Source of the DNA: Halobacteriovoraceae bacterium
Lineage (GTDB): Bacteria; Bdellovibrionota; Bacteriovoracia; Bacteriovoracales; Bacteriovoracaceae
Assembly (NCBI GenBank): GCA_963719505.1
Contig: CAVRCF010000003.1
Coordinates: 160,001-224,000, forward strand
Direction: 5' to 3'
DNA: 64,000 nucleotides
Shown: in pieces, positions 60,716 to 64,000 of the stretch
How the letters are laid out: each line of letters starts with the position of its first letter
Numbering within the stretch: the stretch's first letter is position 1
Notes under the pieces: model-generated
Told to the model about the DNA's origin: nothing
Database searches by the model: none
The model's input: only the letters and a program-made list of their open reading frames with translations
Translations under genes and position numbers: made by a program

Positions 60716-62036
60716 TAATCTTTCGATAAAAACTAAACGAAATTATTCCTGCCGCAATATTTGAAATCGCCATTGAAAAAATCACAGGATGATCCATTTC
60801 TAAAAAATCAAATATATAGTACAGAGGAGTAAAGAAAATAAGTGTTCTTAAAGAAATCATCACTAGGGCCACAATTGGTTTGTCGATGGCATTTAAAAAG
60901 GAATTAATAACGATCACAAAAGAGTATCCACAAAGAGTGAAAGAGATATAGAAGAGAAAATCTTTTGCATAATCCATCGCTTTTGTATCATTTGAAAAAA
61001 TATTTGTAATTGGGTCTGACAAAAGAGTGAGGATAATAATTTGAACAAGTCCATAAAAAAGACAAAACTTTAAAGAGCTTAAAACAGTCTCTTTGACTCT
61101 ATCCAGTTTTTGCTTTCCAAAATTCTGACCTATAATAGGACCGATGGCCACCGAAAGGGCAAGAACTGGAATCATCGTGAAAAACTGAATTTTTGTTCCA
61201 ACTCCAAAACCCGCGACAAAGTCAGTGCTTCTTGTGGAGAGAAAAAAGTTTCCAATACTTAAGGCAATAGGATTAAGGGCATTTGAAACAGCAGCCGGCG
61301 CTGCAATCGAGGTTATCTTTTTAAGGGGATCAAAGGCTTTTTTCGTCAATTCAGATAGGGGGGCAAAAAACTTATACTTAAAGGCAGCAAGAGAGAACTC
61401 TGCTATCAAAGCACAAAGGTTTGCAAACATTGTGGCAATTCCGGCCCCTTCAATCCCTAAAGCCGGAATGAAAGCCAGCCCGAAGATGAGAAGAGGATCC
61501 AGAGCAGTATTAACAATCGTGGCCAAAATAATGGAATAGCTTTGAACCTTTGTAATACCATGGGCTCTGTATGTTCCCGCTATGCAAAGAGAGCACATCC
61601 TAAAGCCCATCCCGATATAGGCATAAACCATGTATTCATTTATATAAACCAGCTGCTGTGTTGTTGCTCCCAGTAAGGAGAAAAGTGGATCAATCGTAAA
61701 AATTCCAAGCGTACTTAAAAAAAATGCAGATGAGAAGCCAACCAAAATGGAAACCGTAGAGGCCCTTTTGACTTCACTTTCTCTTCCAGATCCAAGCATC
61801 CTTGATAAAACCGAATTAACGCCAATGGCAAAACCAATAGAGAGGTTTAATAAAATCATGACCACCGGATAAGAGAACGAAATCGCTGTCAGTTGCTCAA
61901 TTCCCAAAAGAGAGATGAAATAGGTGTCAATGATGTTAAAAGACATATTCGCCGCAATACCGATGGCCATAGGAAGGGCCAAGGAGAACAGATGCTTTCT
62001 TATGCTGCCTTCAGTGAGGCTGGTTGTATGAGAGAT
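60699..62036 (-). CDS. MATE family efflux transporter
   Basis: LTEGSI…LALPM, DTYFISLLG, LDPLLIFG…GIEGAGIAT, GQNFG; start uncertain. Confidence 0.88.
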   Translation of the reverse strand: MSHTTSLTEGSIRKHLFSLALPMAIGIAANMSFNIIDTYFISLLGIEQLTAISFSYPVVMILLNLSIGFAIGVNSVLSRMLGSGRESEVKRASTVSILVGFSSAFFLSTLGIFTIDPLFSLLGATTQQLVYINEYMVYAYIGMGFRMCSLCIAGTYRAHGITKVQSYSIILATIVNTALDPLLIFGLAFIPALGIEGAGIATMFANLCALIAEFSLAAFKYKFFAPLSELTKKAFDPLKKITSIAAPAAVSNALNPIALSIGNFFLSTRSTDFVAGFGVGTKIQFFTMIPVLALSVAIGPIIGQNFGKQKLDRVKETVLSSLKFCLFYGLVQIIILTLLSDPITNIFSNDTKAMDYAKDFLFYISFTLCGYSFVIVINSFLNAIDKPIVALVMISLRTLIFFTPLYYIFDFLEMDHPVIFSMAISNIAAGIISFSFYRKIINQRG

Positions 62037-62164
62037 GGTTTTGTCCTTTATGAGGGGGATTTAATTAAATGTTTAGAGAACTTCTCATTTTTTTTCAAAG
62101 TTTAAAAGATGTAAAAACATAGACATGTTTTAATTATGACGTTGTTAATCAAAAAGGAGACTAT

Positions 62165-62824
62165 ATGAAAATCTTGAACACTTTATTTGTATTTGCAATT
62201 TCAGCAGTCTTTTCATTCGCCAATGCGGGCTTTTCAACCGCTAGTGATGGAGAGTTTGCTACGATCTCAGGAAAAGTGACTAAAGTTGGTCCAGATGCCT
62301 TTTATCTCATGTCTAAGGGAAAAAGAATGTTGGTTGAGATGGATGACTACGATTGGGATGCCGACGGGTATAAACTCAAAGTTGGAGACTCTGTCGTGGT
62401 AAATGGTAAAGTCGATAAGGACTTTATGGAAAAAAGAAAGCTGGAAGCGGGAAGTGTCTATGTTAAGAACATAAATGCTTATTTTTACGCCAATTCAGAT
62501 GATGAAGAAGGAGCACCTTTTCTCAATGCGAGTTACTACACAATGGACACCATTCCAGAGAATACGTCTTTGGATATCCAAGGTAGAGTTGTCGCTATTA
62601 GTGGAAGAGAGCTGGTCGTTGATACAGGCCTTAAGAAGATAAAAGTTGATACGGGAAATCTCATCTATAATCCTTTAGATGATAAAGGTTTCACTCAGAT
62701 TGATCTCAATGACAGGGTAAGAATCTCTGGAATCGTTGACGACTCTTTCTTTAGTGGAAAATCACTTTCTGCCAATTTTGTCGCGGAACTACCCACAACG
62801 AAAAAACAGGTGTATTCCGAATAA
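62165..62824 (+). CDS. Periplasmic tandem OB-fold protein (YgiW/YdeI-like)
   Basis: Signal peptide; two ISG.V…V.V.G.VD repeats. Confidence 0.7.
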   Translation: MKILNTLFVFAISAVFSFANAGFSTASDGEFATISGKVTKVGPDAFYLMSKGKRMLVEMDDYDWDADGYKLKVGDSVVVNGKVDKDFMEKRKLEAGSVYVKNINAYFYANSDDEEGAPFLNASYYTMDTIPENTSLDIQGRVVAISGRELVVDTGLKKIKVDTGNLIYNPLDDKGFTQIDLNDRVRISGIVDDSFFSGKSLSANFVAELPTTKKQVYSE

Positions 62825-62853
62825 AAACTTTGAATTAAAACCAATTTAACCTT

Positions 62854-62880
62854 AGCCCCTATTTGATTAGGGGCTTTTTT
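62854..62880 (+). terminator. Rho-independent terminator
   Basis: AGCCCCTA/TAGGGGCT stem plus T-run. Confidence 0.85.
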
Positions 62881-62909
62881 GTGTGTAGTATTTCTTTACT
62901 GGAGAAATC

Positions 62910-63890
62910 ATGAAAACTTGTCTTATCTTATCCCTTTTATCGTTTTTAAGTTTTGGGGCCACGAAATATAATGCTGAGCTTGATGGGTATGATTATCCAT
63001 TTAAAGTTGAGAGTTTTAAGTTTAGCTCTCAAAATCAAGATTTAAAAATGGCTTATATGGACCTTAAGCCTGAGAAAGTAAATAAAGATAAAGTCGTTGT
63101 TCTTTTGCATGGAAAGAATTTTGCGGGTTACTATTTTGAAAGAATAGCAAATGATCTCCAAGATGCTGGTTACAGAGTTATTATTCCCGATCAAATAGGC
63201 TTTGGGAAAAGCTCTAAGGTTAAGGCTTACCAGTTTAGCTTTTATCAATTCGCGTTCAATACAAAACTTCTTATGGACTCTTTAGGAATAGAAAAATTTG
63301 ATGTTGTTGGCCACTCAATGGGGGGGATGCTTGCCACTCATATGACTTACCTCTATCCGAAAACTGTAAACAAACTTATTTTAATTAATCCCATTGGACT
63401 TGAGCCTTATTTAAAATACGTTGAATTTAAAGATCCAGCTTTCTTTTATGATATTGAAAAAAAGAAGACGGCAGCGAAAATGAGAGAGTATCAAAAAAAG
63501 AATTACTATGATGGAAAGTGGAGCGAGCGATACGAGAAGCTTCTGATTCCCCATGTGGGTCAGTTAAATGGTGAGGACTGGGATCTCGTGTCTTGGAATA
63601 GTGCTCTGACTTATGGTCCAATTTTTAATGAAGATATTACAAGTAAGATGAGTGAGATAAAAAATAAAGTTTTTCTCGTTATTGGAACAAGAGACCAAAC
63701 GGGACCTGGGCGATCATGGAAAAAACCAGGAGTGAACCATAAACTTGGTGATTATAAGAAGCTGGCAAAGAGAACATTTAAACGTTTTCCAAGTGCTAAG
63801 CTTTACGAGCTAAAGGGCTTGGGACATATGCCTCAATTTGAAGATTATAAAAAATTCTCTTCAGTTTTCTATCCCATCTTTAACAAGTGA
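62910..63890 (+). CDS. Secreted alpha/beta hydrolase
   Basis: LLHGKNF, PDQIGFGKS, GHSMGG, GHMP. Confidence 0.9.
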   Translation: MKTCLILSLLSFLSFGATKYNAELDGYDYPFKVESFKFSSQNQDLKMAYMDLKPEKVNKDKVVVLLHGKNFAGYYFERIANDLQDAGYRVIIPDQIGFGKSSKVKAYQFSFYQFAFNTKLLMDSLGIEKFDVVGHSMGGMLATHMTYLYPKTVNKLILINPIGLEPYLKYVEFKDPAFFYDIEKKKTAAKMREYQKKNYYDGKWSERYEKLLIPHVGQLNGEDWDLVSWNSALTYGPIFNEDITSKMSEIKNKVFLVIGTRDQTGPGRSWKKPGVNHKLGDYKKLAKRTFKRFPSAKLYELKGLGHMPQFEDYKKFSSVFYPIFNK

Positions 63891-64000
63891 AGATAAAAGA
63901 GATAAGTCTATTACCTCTTTTGATCGTTTTAAAGGCTCTAGAGTAGAACTATTCTGTATATTGGTTTGAGTCAAATGACTCTTTAGTGTAGTCGGAGTCG

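Noticed and set aside
164-63621. Many short antisense or nested ORFs (e.g. 11530, 13822, 16455, 17899, 18723, 54561, 55105, 61225)
   Set aside because: Shadows of well-supported genes, with no motifs

Overview
AT-rich bacterial chromosome segment. Gene content suggests a Bacteriovoracales/Halobacteriovorax-like Bdellovibrionota genome (inference only). 1-22.6 kb: housekeeping and accessory genes (PutP, QEGLA protein, porin, protein-arginine deiminase, PadR-ChrA, PEP carboxylase, three secreted proteins sharing a 35-aa beta-hairpin repeat, an iota-carbonic-anhydrase-like protein, and an ExbBD-TonB-TBDR-lipoprotein-GH3 locus). 22.7-29 kb: a candidate new RiPP cluster (Ser-Ser-ending precursor, PqqD/RRE, two GT4 glycosyltransferases, a SelO/MchC-like enzyme, a 2OG-Fe(II) oxygenase). 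About 35.9-58.2 kb: a mosaic island anchored on a minus-strand tRNA-Asp and cut into segments by five copies of a tRNA-3'-end/hairpin att-like repeat. It carries variable lipoproteins with a conserved C-x23-C tail, two TA pairs, unannotated tyrosine-integrase and restriction-enzyme remnants, a mini stressosome, IS481, nested IS3 elements and a tandem IS1380. 58.3-64 kb: ordinary core genes. All calls are from visual motif recognition; no searches were run.
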